A stretch of 58,811 nt of DNA, from the IMG/VR virus record IMGVR_UViG_3300030328_004676, positions 1 to 58,811 of that record; one strand, given 5' to 3'. The translations under genes were made by a program, and so were the position numbers. Below the pieces are notes generated by a model, which was not told the DNA's origin, made no database searches, and worked only from the letters and a program-made list of their open reading frames with translations. Source of the DNA: a virus (Duplodnaviria; Caudoviricetes). The stretch's first letter is position 1. The number at the start of each line of letters is the position of its first letter. Of the stretch, positions 28,135-37,646 are shown one piece after another.

Positions 28135-29781
28135 TTAACCCTCGCAAGACGAACAATTTAAAATTGATCTAGCTAATTCTTGACTAGGATTAGCACTTCT
28201 TTGATAATAAAAGCTCTTAACTCCCTGCTCCCAACCAAAAATTAAAAGTTCGCTAACTTGCTTTGGGGGACACTTGGGAGAAATCATTACATTGAGACTT
28301 TGTCCTTGATCAATATATTTTTGTCTTTGGGCGGCTTGTATTACAATCTCCTTTTGGGAAATCTCCCCGAAAGTTTTAAATACATCTTTCTCATGCTCCG
28401 ATAAGAAATCTAAATGCTGAACCGAACCTCCTTTTACTAAAATAGATTTCCAAGTGGTCGTATTGTTTTTACCCTTCTCTTCAAGAAGTTGTTCTAAATG
28501 TGGATTTTTATATGTAAATTTACCTTTAGCTAAATCTTTAGTAAAATAATTACTATTTAATGGCTCAATAGATGGAGAAACTTGACCAAGAATAAATGAA
28601 CTAGATGTAGTGGGGGCAATAGCCATAGTGGTCATATTGCGTTTTCCGTAGCCGCGAAGATGTTCTGGCTCCCCAAATTCTTCTGCTAATTTGGATGTAG
28701 CTCTATCGCATCTTTCTCTAATTATATTATGTATCTCCGCATTTAAAAACTGAGCCTCTAATCCTTCGAAAGCAATATTCTTGGATTGTAGGAGAGAGTG
28801 CCAGCCGAGAACACCAAGACCTAAAGCTCTTTGTCTTTTAGCGAAGTTGTGACAAGACTTCATAAAGGGAATATTTTCTGTTTTGTAGATATATTCCTCC
28901 ATAACTGCATCAAGAAACTGAACAAGAGTTTCAACCGCATCGGTTTCTTTTATTTCGTCCCACCTGAGAAGGTTTAAAGAAGATAAACAACAGACAAAAG
29001 ACTCGTCCTCTGACGAATGCAAAGCTATCTCACTGCAAAGATTAGAAGCATGTATCTTAAGTTTCTTATCCTTGTATGCTTGTGGAGCGTTGTTGTTGGC
29101 ATTGTCTGTAAAAAATATGTATGGATATCCCGTTTCAAATCTTTTCTTTATTACATTCGCCCAAACTTTTCTTTTATCCTTATCTCCGTCTACCATTGAC
29201 CGCATCCACTTATCATCAATGCAGACAGCAAACGACATTTCTTGGATAGGATTGCCTTCGCTTCTAATCCTTAAAAATTCCTCAATATCAGGGTGATCTA
29301 TAGGAAGATATGCTGCGAAAGATCCTCTTCTTACATGTCCTTGGGAAACAATAGACGCAACTTTATCAAATAGCTCCATGAAATAAACTGCGCCAGCAGA
29401 AACTCCTCCCACGCTAATTGGAATCCCTCTTGCTCTTAAATCACCAAAATAGCCCGATGTCCCAGAGCCATGTTTTGTTTGCATTCCAACTTCCGCTTGT
29501 TTGCGGAGAATAGAATCCATTTTATCGTCAACATAAACGCCATTACAGGAAATAGGTAACCCTCTGTCTCTACCAAAGTTAGACCAAACAGGACTAGAGA
29601 GAGAATAAAACCCCCTCTTCATATAATGTTCAAACTTATCCGCAAACCCGCTCTGCCTTAAATATTTTTCAGCAGCCTCTGCGATAGCCCTTATTCTTTT
29701 TTTAGGACTCTCCCCTTTTTGTAAGTAACCTCTTTCAAGGAATTGTTTGGATTCTTCGTTTAACCAATAGTAATCTTTCAT
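28135..29781 (-). CDS. nrdA: Ribonucleotide reductase class I alpha subunit, short form without ATP cone
   Basis: PISC, RRG, SNLCSEI, CCLSSLN, APTTSSS, DQGQSLN, KSFYY, C-terminal CSSCEG. Confidence 0.95.
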   Translation of the reverse strand: MKDYYWLNEESKQFLERGYLQKGESPKKRIRAIAEAAEKYLRQSGFADKFEHYMKRGFYSLSSPVWSNFGRDRGLPISCNGVYVDDKMDSILRKQAEVGMQTKHGSGTSGYFGDLRARGIPISVGGVSAGAVYFMELFDKVASIVSQGHVRRGSFAAYLPIDHPDIEEFLRIRSEGNPIQEMSFAVCIDDKWMRSMVDGDKDKRKVWANVIKKRFETGYPYIFFTDNANNNAPQAYKDKKLKIHASNLCSEIALHSSEDESFVCCLSSLNLLRWDEIKETDAVETLVQFLDAVMEEYIYKTENIPFMKSCHNFAKRQRALGLGVLGWHSLLQSKNIAFEGLEAQFLNAEIHNIIRERCDRATSKLAEEFGEPEHLRGYGKRNMTTMAIAPTTSSSFILGQVSPSIEPLNSNYFTKDLAKGKFTYKNPHLEQLLEEKGKNNTTTWKSILVKGGSVQHLDFLSEHEKDVFKTFGEISQKEIVIQAAQRQKYIDQGQSLNVMISPKCPPKQVSELLIFGWEQGVKSFYYQRSANPSQELARSILNCSSCEG

Positions 29782-30752
29782 TAAAATAAATCTTCAGCGT
29801 CAAATGTTTGAGAGTTTTTTGCGTATTCTACAGGTCGCGTATGAAAAAAATCAGTAGCATTATTCCCGAGTAACTCTTCTTCAAACCAAATTGTATTCAC
29901 TAATAGATCCTTGTCAACATCAAATGCCTTCTTAAAGCCAATTTGCTCTAATGATTCGTTAATTCTATTCTTAATAAATTCTTTTAAAATCGGTGCGCTT
30001 ATACCTTTCTCGCTGTAGCCGTTGATCATCCAGTCTACAATTTGAGATTCTGCCTTAAAAGCGGCTTGTGACTCCTCTAAAATTTTCTCTTCAAGACTAT
30101 CGTCAAAAAGCTCTGGGTGCTCTTCTCTAATTGTGTTAATTATCTTAATTCCAGCTAAAGCATGAATATTTTCTTCGTTTCTTGTATACTTTACCTGTTG
30201 TCCAGTGTCTTTTAGGACATTCTTGTAACGATTAAACCAATTGATTATGTAAAACTGACTAAACAGAGAAACATTCTCTACAAAGAGTGTGAACAAAATA
30301 AGAGCATATACATATTGTTTCTTGGAGTCTTTGTAAAACCTGTGGGTATATTTTCTCAGATAATTCACTCTACCCTCAATAAAGTCCAGCTTAAGGTTCT
30401 GCTCAAAAATATCCTCTAATCCCAACACCTTTAGTAATCTCTCATAAGCATTATTGTGAATAACCTCCACATTAGCCATGACATATCCTAAATCAGTTAA
30501 GCTGGGGTGAGGTAAATTGTCTCCCAGTTTGCTCCAAAATTTCTTTACCGCTACTTCAATTTGACCAATAGCAGAGAGAGTTCTGATAATCATTTCTCTT
30601 TCTGTATCGTTTAAATTTACACTGAAGTCTTGCACATCACTGGTAAAACTAAACTCTTTATCTGTCCAAAACCCATTATGCATAGCCTCAATAAATTCTT
30701 CTGCCCAAGGATAATGGTCTGGTTTTCTGGATATCTGTTCTTCAAAAATCAT
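29781..30752 (-). CDS. nrdB: Ribonucleotide reductase class I beta subunit
   Basis: EVIHNNAY, ENVSLFSQF, EENIH, DFF..RPVEY. Confidence 0.95.
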   Translation of the reverse strand: MIFEEQISRKPDHYPWAEEFIEAMHNGFWTDKEFSFTSDVQDFSVNLNDTEREMIIRTLSAIGQIEVAVKKFWSKLGDNLPHPSLTDLGYVMANVEVIHNNAYERLLKVLGLEDIFEQNLKLDFIEGRVNYLRKYTHRFYKDSKKQYVYALILFTLFVENVSLFSQFYIINWFNRYKNVLKDTGQQVKYTRNEENIHALAGIKIINTIREEHPELFDDSLEEKILEESQAAFKAESQIVDWMINGYSEKGISAPILKEFIKNRINESLEQIGFKKAFDVDKDLLVNTIWFEEELLGNNATDFFHTRPVEYAKNSQTFDAEDLF

Positions 30753-30841
30753 TTCGTAAAGTTACACATGTTAGAGGGAGCTAAGAAACTCGTCAATCGC
30801 TTTTTCTTAAAAAATTGCCAAAGGCATTAAATTAATATGAA

Positions 30842-30902
30842 CGTATGGGTAACGTATGGAATATTATTTTAATACGTTACCTATACGCTCGTAACCCATA
30901 CG
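30842..30902. repeat. Direct and inverted repeat cluster at the transcription divergence point
   Basis: CGTATGGGTAACGTAT (30842-30857) is inverted as ATACGTTACCTATACG (30872-30887); third partial copy GTAACCCATACG (30891-30902); AT-rich loop. Confidence 0.8.
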
Positions 30903-30994
30903 ATGGATTTTGTTAAAATAGCAATCAAATTTACCATGTCAAGAAAAAAAAATAGTTGATTTTTCCTTGATTTCTCTTATATTAAGAATAACAA

Positions 30995-31591
30995 GTGATT
31001 GAAGAACTCACAGATTCTGCTTTAACTGATTTAATAAAGCGCGACAATAGTGAGGATGCCTTAAACGAGTTGATTTCTAGGCATTCGGGGATCTATGTGG
31101 ACATGCTTAAGAGATTTGGAATGCATTGTCTTACTGAAAATCAAGTTTTTGATATCATGAAGGACAAAGACTACACCATATACAAAGCTGCCTTAGAATA
31201 TGATGAGTCCAAAGCTAAATTTTCTACACATTTAGCTAATAAGACAAAATACATGTGTCTTACCCAGAAAACTAAAAATAAAAATAATAGAGTAACTGGG
31301 AATTTTGATGAGATACAGTTTTGTCAAAAAGACCGCTCTTCCACTCCTGACGAAGAATGCAAGATGAATGATTCTTTTTTAAGAATTTTAAATCTAATAG
31401 AAAAACACAGAGACAAACGCCTGAAGGTTATTTTTCACGAAAGGTATTTCTGTGGCAGAAAAGGGAAATTAAAACCTTGGAAAGAGGTGGCGAGAAAAAT
31501 AAATTTATCAGCCCAAGGCTGTATCAACATACACGACAAAGCAATCAAAGAGCTTAACTCAAGAATAGATAATGAAAAAATTAAATTTTGA
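30995..31591 (+). CDS. Phage sigma70-family sigma factor
   Basis: Region 2-like (ALNELISRH..YKAALEYDESKAKFSTHL) and region 4 HTH (WKEVARKINLSAQGCINIHDKAIKEL). Confidence 0.8.
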   Translation: MIEELTDSALTDLIKRDNSEDALNELISRHSGIYVDMLKRFGMHCLTENQVFDIMKDKDYTIYKAALEYDESKAKFSTHLANKTKYMCLTQKTKNKNNRVTGNFDEIQFCQKDRSSTPDEECKMNDSFLRILNLIEKHRDKRLKVIFHERYFCGRKGKLKPWKEVARKINLSAQGCINIHDKAIKELNSRIDNEKIKF

Positions 31592-32660
31592 CGGACCTAT
31601 AAATTCCTTAAGTTTGGGAAACGTGTCTGTAAACTTTCTTAGAGAGCTACAAAAAAGAGATTTAGATATAGCCTTATTCCCAATAGGCGACCAAGGAGAT
31701 TTTTCAGCATACGATAAAGTTGATTCCTCTTTTAAAAAATGGATAGAGAATATCGCTACGACACGATTAAAAAAATTAACTCCAGACACTCCATCTCTTA
31801 AGGTTTGGCACATTAACGGCTCAGAAAAAGCCTTACCAAATCAATACTTATATACTTTTTATGAAGTAGACTCCCCGACTGAAGAAGAAGTAAATATAGT
31901 AAATGTTCAAAAGCATGTATTTTTCTCATGTTCAGAAGCGGCAGAATCTTTTAAAAGCAAGGGTTGTAATAATGTTAGTTATGTTCCCCTTGGCTTCGAT
32001 CCAGACTTTGAAGAAACAAATAAAGAGTATTTAGAAGATGTAATACATTTTGGCTTAGTCGGAAAATTCGAAAGAAGAAAAAATACCCAAGCAATTATTC
32101 AGCTATGGACGGAGAAGTTTGGAAACAACCCAAAATATCAACTTACTTGTTTGGTTTCAAATCAATTTTTAAATAACGACCAGATGAATTCAGCCATACA
32201 ATCTGCGTTAAGGGGCCAAAATTGGTCTAATGTAAATTTCTTGCCCCACTTAAAAACAAATGCAGAAGTTAACGATTTGATTAATTCTATTGATATAGAT
32301 CTTTCTGGACTTTCTAATGGCGAGGGATGGAATCTCCCTTCATTCAACGCCACGGCTCTTGGTAAATGGTCTATTGTGAGTAGCTGTTCTGCCCACAAAG
32401 ACTGGGCTACTGAAGAAAACAGCATTTTAGTGGACCCCGTAGGAAAACAACCATGTTATGACAACTTCTTTTTCAAAGAAGGGCTACCGTTTAATCAAGG
32501 CAATTATTACAAACTGAGTGGAGACGATATACTAAAAAGCTTTGACAAAGCCCTTGAAAGAGTGGGTCAAAAAAACACAGAAGGGACAAAATTGCGGGAC
32601 AAATTTACATATTCTAAATCTATAGATACCATTTTAGACTGTATTTACAGCGATTCTTGA
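31572..32660 (+). CDS. GT4-like glycosyltransferase
   Basis: VGKFERRKN, GEGWNLPSFNATALGK. Confidence 0.8.
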   Translation: MKKLNFDGPINSLSLGNVSVNFLRELQKRDLDIALFPIGDQGDFSAYDKVDSSFKKWIENIATTRLKKLTPDTPSLKVWHINGSEKALPNQYLYTFYEVDSPTEEEVNIVNVQKHVFFSCSEAAESFKSKGCNNVSYVPLGFDPDFEETNKEYLEDVIHFGLVGKFERRKNTQAIIQLWTEKFGNNPKYQLTCLVSNQFLNNDQMNSAIQSALRGQNWSNVNFLPHLKTNAEVNDLINSIDIDLSGLSNGEGWNLPSFNATALGKWSIVSSCSAHKDWATEENSILVDPVGKQPCYDNFFFKEGLPFNQGNYYKLSGDDILKSFDKALERVGQKNTEGTKLRDKFTYSKSIDTILDCIYSDS

Positions 32661-32685
32661 AATGGCACGATTAATGTTATATAAT
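32657..32685 (+). promoter_or_regulatory. sigma70-type promoter for hsp20
   Basis: TTGAAA-17nt-TATAAT-8nt-ATG(32694). Confidence 0.7.
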
Positions 32686-32693
32686 ATAGTATT

Positions 32694-33020
32694 ATGAATT
32701 ATAAACTAAACACACACTTACTTGATAATTTTTTTGATGCTTTTGGAACAACCAAACAAGCAGACGTAAAAGACTGTGGAGATGTATACACGGCAGAACT
32801 TGAACTTGCTGGCTTCGCCAAAGAAGATATTGAAATCACAGCAACTAATGACAACTTAATCATTAAAGCAAAAAATGAGAAGCGTCAAAGGGATTTTAAA
32901 TTAAATTTATATGGTGCAGTTTCTGTAGCAGACATATCTTGCGATACAGAAAACGGGTTGTTAACAATAACAATGCCCAAAAAATGCGTAAGCGAAAAAA
33001 GAACAATTAAGCTTAAATAG
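32694..33020 (+). CDS. Small heat-shock protein (Hsp20)
   Basis: LAGFAKEDIEI, ENGLLTITMPK. Confidence 0.88.
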   Translation: MNYKLNTHLLDNFFDAFGTTKQADVKDCGDVYTAELELAGFAKEDIEITATNDNLIIKAKNEKRQRDFKLNLYGAVSVADISCDTENGLLTITMPKKCVSEKRTIKLK

Positions 33021-33400
33021 TGCCGATATATACTTACAAACACCCCACTGAGGAGAGGTATAAGGAAGTTGTTCAAGGAATGAACGATGACCATACTTAC
33101 TCTGAAGACGGGGTAGAGTGGGGAAGGGTTTGGGATATTCCTAATGCTGCTATCTCAAGCAACGACGATCCATTTAATAGTAATAATTTCGTAGAGAAAA
33201 CAGCTAATATGAAAGGCACGTTTGGAGATATGATGGATTATTCGGCAGAGTTAGGCGAGAAAAGAGCTAGTAAAATGGGAGGAGAAGACCCAGTTAAAAA
33301 ACAGTTTTTCAAGGACTATGAAAACAAAGTAGGAAAAAAACACCTATCAGACAAACCAAAGTCCTTTGAAAATAAATCAATAAAGTTAGACTTTGATTGA
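33020..33400 (+). CDS. FmdB-like protein without Cys
   Basis: MPIYTY N-terminus typical of FmdB-type ribbons. Confidence 0.5.
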   Translation: MPIYTYKHPTEERYKEVVQGMNDDHTYSEDGVEWGRVWDIPNAAISSNDDPFNSNNFVEKTANMKGTFGDMMDYSAELGEKRASKMGGEDPVKKQFFKDYENKVGKKHLSDKPKSFENKSIKLDFD

Positions 33401-34195
33401 TTAACTTATCGTCCCTATACCAACTTGACCCCAAAGCTTGTAGCCAGTTTGTATTAAAAGTGTTGAGCCAGATATTGCCATCGCCCCAGTAGCTGGAATT
33501 GCTGCTGTGCCAGCCGAAGAGTTTGATCCCCTCCATTGAGGAAGAGAAAAACCAGTTTCAAACTTAGCTGTTCCTTTTATAAAGGAATCTCCCATCACCC
33601 TTAATCCCCCACTAAATATACCAGATGCCGCAGCATCTACATTGATATCATTATCAAAGAAGGTTGGTCCACTAACACCAAAGTATTGCCCACCATTAAA
33701 GTCAATATGTAGAGAGTTTTGCTTTCCATAAGATATAGCATTAGTTGTGGAATCTTTTATAACTGTTACTCCTGTAGCTGTTGACTGAAATGTTACGTTT
33801 CTTCCTGCAAGAGATGTGTTGTCTTGAGAATCTGTTGCAAAATTTACACCTATACCATTTATAATTAAATTGTTTTGACCGCTAACATTACAGTTAGTGC
33901 CTTTAATAACAAAGTTACTTCCATCATTTGCACTATTACCTATGTCTGTATTCTTTCCCTGAAGCAGCACATTATCAGCACTAAACTCAAAATTATTATC
34001 TCCCGTTTTGGGCATTGTAAAAACAGGCTTTCCTTCGTTCTTGAGAACACCACTATAAAAATCAAATGATCCACTAATCCTTCTATCTAAATCAAACCTA
34101 ACACCAGTGTCGGATTGCTCAAAAACAAATCCTCCAGAACTACTAAAAAAAGTATGCAATTGGATCTGTTCGGGTTGAATTTTATTGAAAGCCAT
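33401..34195 (-). CDS. Putative virion structural/fibre-like protein
   Basis: G/S/T/N-rich and beta-rich. Likely start is MAFNKIQ at 34195, with GTGTAA upstream. Confidence 0.55.
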   Translation of the reverse strand: MAFNKIQPEQIQLHTFFSSSGGFVFEQSDTGVRFDLDRRISGSFDFYSGVLKNEGKPVFTMPKTGDNNFEFSADNVLLQGKNTDIGNSANDGSNFVIKGTNCNVSGQNNLIINGIGVNFATDSQDNTSLAGRNVTFQSTATGVTVIKDSTTNAISYGKQNSLHIDFNGGQYFGVSGPTFFDNDINVDAAASGIFSGGLRVMGDSFIKGTAKFETGFSLPQWRGSNSSAGTAAIPATGAMAISGSTLLIQTGYKLWGQVGIGTIS

Positions 34196-34233
34196 AATAC
34201 AATAGATTATCTTTAATAGATTACACGAATTCA

Positions 34234-34806
34234 ATGAAATTTACTCTTTATAAGCCAAACTCTAAAAATACAGGGGCTGCTTTTAGCTTTGACCTAGCTA
34301 AAGACAAGAAAGGCAACGCTGTTATGTATGTATCAATGATCCAGCAACATAGCTGGAATGATAAGACTAAAAGCGGTTCTTTCAAAGAAAATGCCAAGAA
34401 TCCTGAAAAGTCAGGAACAATCAAGCTATCTGCCAACGAAGCTGGCGAGATTCTTTCCTCTTTTAAGACAAGAATCCCTTTTGTAGCCTTCCATCGAAGG
34501 AATGACGGAAGAAACACCGACACAACAATTATTAAATTCACTCCTTGGGACAAAAAAAGAAAAATCGTAGGCAAAGACGGAGATGATTGGCATGAAACTC
34601 CCGCATTTGGAGTTAGTGTCACTCGAAATTCTTCTATGACTTTCAAGCTCCCTTTAGAGGCTGGAGAAACAGAAGTATTATCAGAACTCCTTAAAAAATA
34701 TATTTTAGAATCTTTTATTGTTGTGGACGCATATAAGCCACAAGCGCCGAAAGAAGAAACTCAAGAAAATACCCCAGATATTGAAGATTCAGATGTCCCG
34801 TTCTAA
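34234..34806 (+). CDS. Putative single-stranded DNA-binding protein
   Basis: Beta-rich core and acidic C-terminal tail IEDSDVPF, like the SSB-Ct DDIPF motif. Confidence 0.55.
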   Translation: MKFTLYKPNSKNTGAAFSFDLAKDKKGNAVMYVSMIQQHSWNDKTKSGSFKENAKNPEKSGTIKLSANEAGEILSSFKTRIPFVAFHRRNDGRNTDTTIIKFTPWDKKRKIVGKDGDDWHETPAFGVSVTRNSSMTFKLPLEAGETEVLSELLKKYILESFIVVDAYKPQAPKEETQENTPDIEDSDVPF

Positions 34807-36532
34807 AAAGCTAAAAGTTTTATTTCATTCTAATCACAGTAGACTTGTTACTGGATTCGGAAAGAATACAAAAAATATACTTTTAGCCTTACACAATGAT
34901 CCTGATATAGAAGTCATTGAAGCTGGAAACGGAGTTGGTTTGGGGGCGAACCTATTAACTCCTTGGAAATCTTACGGGACACACCCGTCAGACCCTAATA
35001 TACTTCAATCCATTCAAGGGGATGGGCCTAAAGAAAGAATGGCTCAGTATGGTTATTACACTATAGACCAAATTATTGAAGAATGTAAACCAGATATCTA
35101 TCTAGGAGTTGAAGATATTTGGGCTTTTTCTGATTATAATAACAAACCTTGGTGGAATAAGATAAACAAAGTTTTGTGGACCACTTTAGATAGTGTCCCT
35201 ATCCTTGATCAAGCACTACAAATGGAACCTCACTGTGACAAGATGCTTGTTTGGGCATCTTTTGCGGAAGAGGAGATGAAGAAACTAGGTCACAAAAATG
35301 TAGAGACATTGCACGGCGCGGTTGATTACAGTCACTTTAAGCCTTTAAAAAATAGATCTGAACTAAGAAAAAGATTTGGAATAAACGAAAATTATGTAAT
35401 TGGATTTGTTTTCAAAAATCAATTAAGGAAATCTGTTCCTAATTTATTACAAGGCTTTAAAACATTTAAAGAAAAAAACCCAAACTCTAAACCAAAACTA
35501 CTTCTTCACACCGACTGGGCAGAAACAGCATCAGGCTGGGATATACCAAGGTATATCAAAGAGATGGATTTAGATCCAGACGACATTCTGTCAACCTATG
35601 TGTGCCATGCTTGCGATTTTTATTTTATTGGACCCTATCAGGGAGAAGATAAAACTTGTCCTAAGTGTAGAAAAGAAAAGACATTTAAAACAAAAAATAG
35701 CGGGAAGGGCATTAATGAAACCCAACTAAACGAGCTTTATAATTGCATGGATGTATATTGTCACCCTTTTACAAGCGGAGGACAAGAATTGCCTATTCAA
35801 GAAGCAAAAGCCGCTGGCCTTGTGACGTTAGTCACAGAATATTCTTGTGGCACAGACTCATGTTATGAACATCAAGGAGGCATTCCTTTAAAGTGGAATG
35901 AATATAGAGAGCCACAAACACAATTTGTAAAGGCTTCTACTTGCCCGCATGACATAGCAAAGAAATTACAAAAGGTTTATAATATGGATGATACTGATAA
36001 ATACATATTAATAAACAACGGAATCAATCATGTTAAGGATAGTTTTTCCGTTCAGCGTATCGCAAAAAAACTTAAAAAGATACTATTTTCTTTAAAGAAA
36101 CCAAACCCGAAAGAAGAGGAGAAAAAAGAAGGTGGACCCGTTGAATTTGAAGATATTCTAGACAAAAATCCCGAAGATAGAATTTTAATAGTAATGCCCG
36201 AATCTGCTGGCGATGTTTTTATGACCACATCCTTATTACCATCCATTAAGAAAAATTATCCAGATAAAGATTTATACTTTGCAACCAAAAAAGAATATTT
36301 ATCAATTTTAGAAGGTAACGAATATATTTATAAAACATTAGAATATTCTCCGCAAATGGATAATCTTCCTTTGATGGAGGGCAGGTTAAATCATAAAGGA
36401 TTTTTTGAAATTTGTTTTTTGCCGAACGTAGGAACGCAAAAGCATTTAGATTATTTACATCAAGGAGACGCTGATAAAATAATGTTTAATATACATTCAG
36501 AAAACTATAATAAACAACATGCATCTAATTGA
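34793..36532 (+). CDS. GT4 glycosyltransferase with Zn-ribbon insert, fused to a GT9-like N-terminal domain
   Basis: TGFGK, KNQLRK, CHAC..CPKC, SGGQELPIQEAKAAG, then ESAGDVFMTTSLLPSIKKNYP. Likely start is MSRSKK at 34793. Confidence 0.8.
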   Translation: MSRSKKLKVLFHSNHSRLVTGFGKNTKNILLALHNDPDIEVIEAGNGVGLGANLLTPWKSYGTHPSDPNILQSIQGDGPKERMAQYGYYTIDQIIEECKPDIYLGVEDIWAFSDYNNKPWWNKINKVLWTTLDSVPILDQALQMEPHCDKMLVWASFAEEEMKKLGHKNVETLHGAVDYSHFKPLKNRSELRKRFGINENYVIGFVFKNQLRKSVPNLLQGFKTFKEKNPNSKPKLLLHTDWAETASGWDIPRYIKEMDLDPDDILSTYVCHACDFYFIGPYQGEDKTCPKCRKEKTFKTKNSGKGINETQLNELYNCMDVYCHPFTSGGQELPIQEAKAAGLVTLVTEYSCGTDSCYEHQGGIPLKWNEYREPQTQFVKASTCPHDIAKKLQKVYNMDDTDKYILINNGINHVKDSFSVQRIAKKLKKILFSLKKPNPKEEEKKEGGPVEFEDILDKNPEDRILIVMPESAGDVFMTTSLLPSIKKNYPDKDLYFATKKEYLSILEGNEYIYKTLEYSPQMDNLPLMEGRLNHKGFFEICFLPNVGTQKHLDYLHQGDADKIMFNIHSENYNKQHASN

Positions 36533-37646
36533 AAGATATGCTCTGTCTACGGGCCTTGAAATAGACAACCCCGATATATCGCACTTATTTTACCCAACAG
36601 CGTGTGATAAATATGTTTGTTTTCATGCTTCCTCGAAAGACAATTTAAGAGATTATGATTACTGGGACGAAGTAAAAGAATTGATTGATCCATACTTCAA
36701 AAAGTTAAATTTAAAAACACTCCAAATAGGTCTAGAAAAAGACCCAAGTCTAAACTGCGACATTGATCTAAGAGGCAGGACAAACATAAGGCAAATGGCC
36801 TATCTGGTTAAAAACTGTTCTCTCTTCTTGGGAGTAGATTCTTTCCCTGCTCATCTAGCAGGGTTCTATAATAGAAAAATGGTTTCCATTTACTCCAACT
36901 CTTTTGCAGCTTGCGTAAGGCCATACTGGGGTAATCAGTCAAATCAAAAAATTATAGAGACCGAAAGACCAAATGGAGAAAAGCCATCTTTTTCTTTTAG
37001 TGAAAACCCAAAAACAGTTAATAGAATTAAACCCGAAACAATCGCGAACTCTGCTCTAGAACTTTTAAAGCAAAAACCTACAAAACATAAAACTTTATTT
37101 GTAGGCAACAATTATAAATCAAACTTTGCAGAGGTTATACCTGTAGAAAAAACAAGCGTTAAAGCAAATCTAATTGATGTGAGAATGGATTATGCTCATA
37201 ACGAATACTGGTTAACAGAAATACTTAAAGAAAACCAAATTGAGATAACTCTCTCAAAGCCTATAAATCCAGATTTTTTAAAACTAGGGAAGATAAAAAA
37301 AATAGTATATAAAGCAGATTCGTTCGATCAGGATTTTTTGCAAAAAATAAAAGAAAGTTCAATTCCTCATGTGTTAGTTTGCACTTCTTCAGAAAACCTT
37401 GATAAAGAAAGAGCTAAAAACTTTCATTATTTAATAAATCATTTAGACACCAAAGATTTAATTAAAAATAATAAAAAAAGAATTGGTGACGTAGACTTTA
37501 ATAAAATTAAAATTAAAAGCGGAAAGAAAGTGGTTTGCGGCGATAAAATCTATGATAGCTTTTTCGACTTAAATGGTAGGAAAAATTTAGATCATTTTTA
37601 CCTTGACTTAGATTTCTTTATGGTTTATACTGAGGAAGATGAGTGA
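36519..37646 (+). CDS. GT9 (heptosyltransferase-like) glycosyltransferase
   Basis: HLIERYA, LQIG, DLRGRTNIRQMAYLV, FLGVDSFPAHLAG. Confidence 0.75.
   Translation: MHLIERYALSTGLEIDNPDISHLFYPTACDKYVCFHASSKDNLRDYDYWDEVKELIDPYFKKLNLKTLQIGLEKDPSLNCDIDLRGRTNIRQMAYLVKNCSLFLGVDSFPAHLAGFYNRKMVSIYSNSFAACVRPYWGNQSNQKIIETERPNGEKPSFSFSENPKTVNRIKPETIANSALELLKQKPTKHKTLFVGNNYKSNFAEVIPVEKTSVKANLIDVRMDYAHNEYWLTEILKENQIEITLSKPINPDFLKLGKIKKIVYKADSFDQDFLQKIKESSIPHVLVCTSSENLDKERAKNFHYLINHLDTKDLIKNNKKRIGDVDFNKIKIKSGKKVVCGDKIYDSFFDLNGRKNLDHFYLDLDFFMVYTEEDE

Noticed and set aside
32663-32678. sigma54-like promoter (TGGCACG) before hsp20
   Set aside because: The -12 element reads ATGT rather than TTGC, and a good sigma70 promoter explains the site
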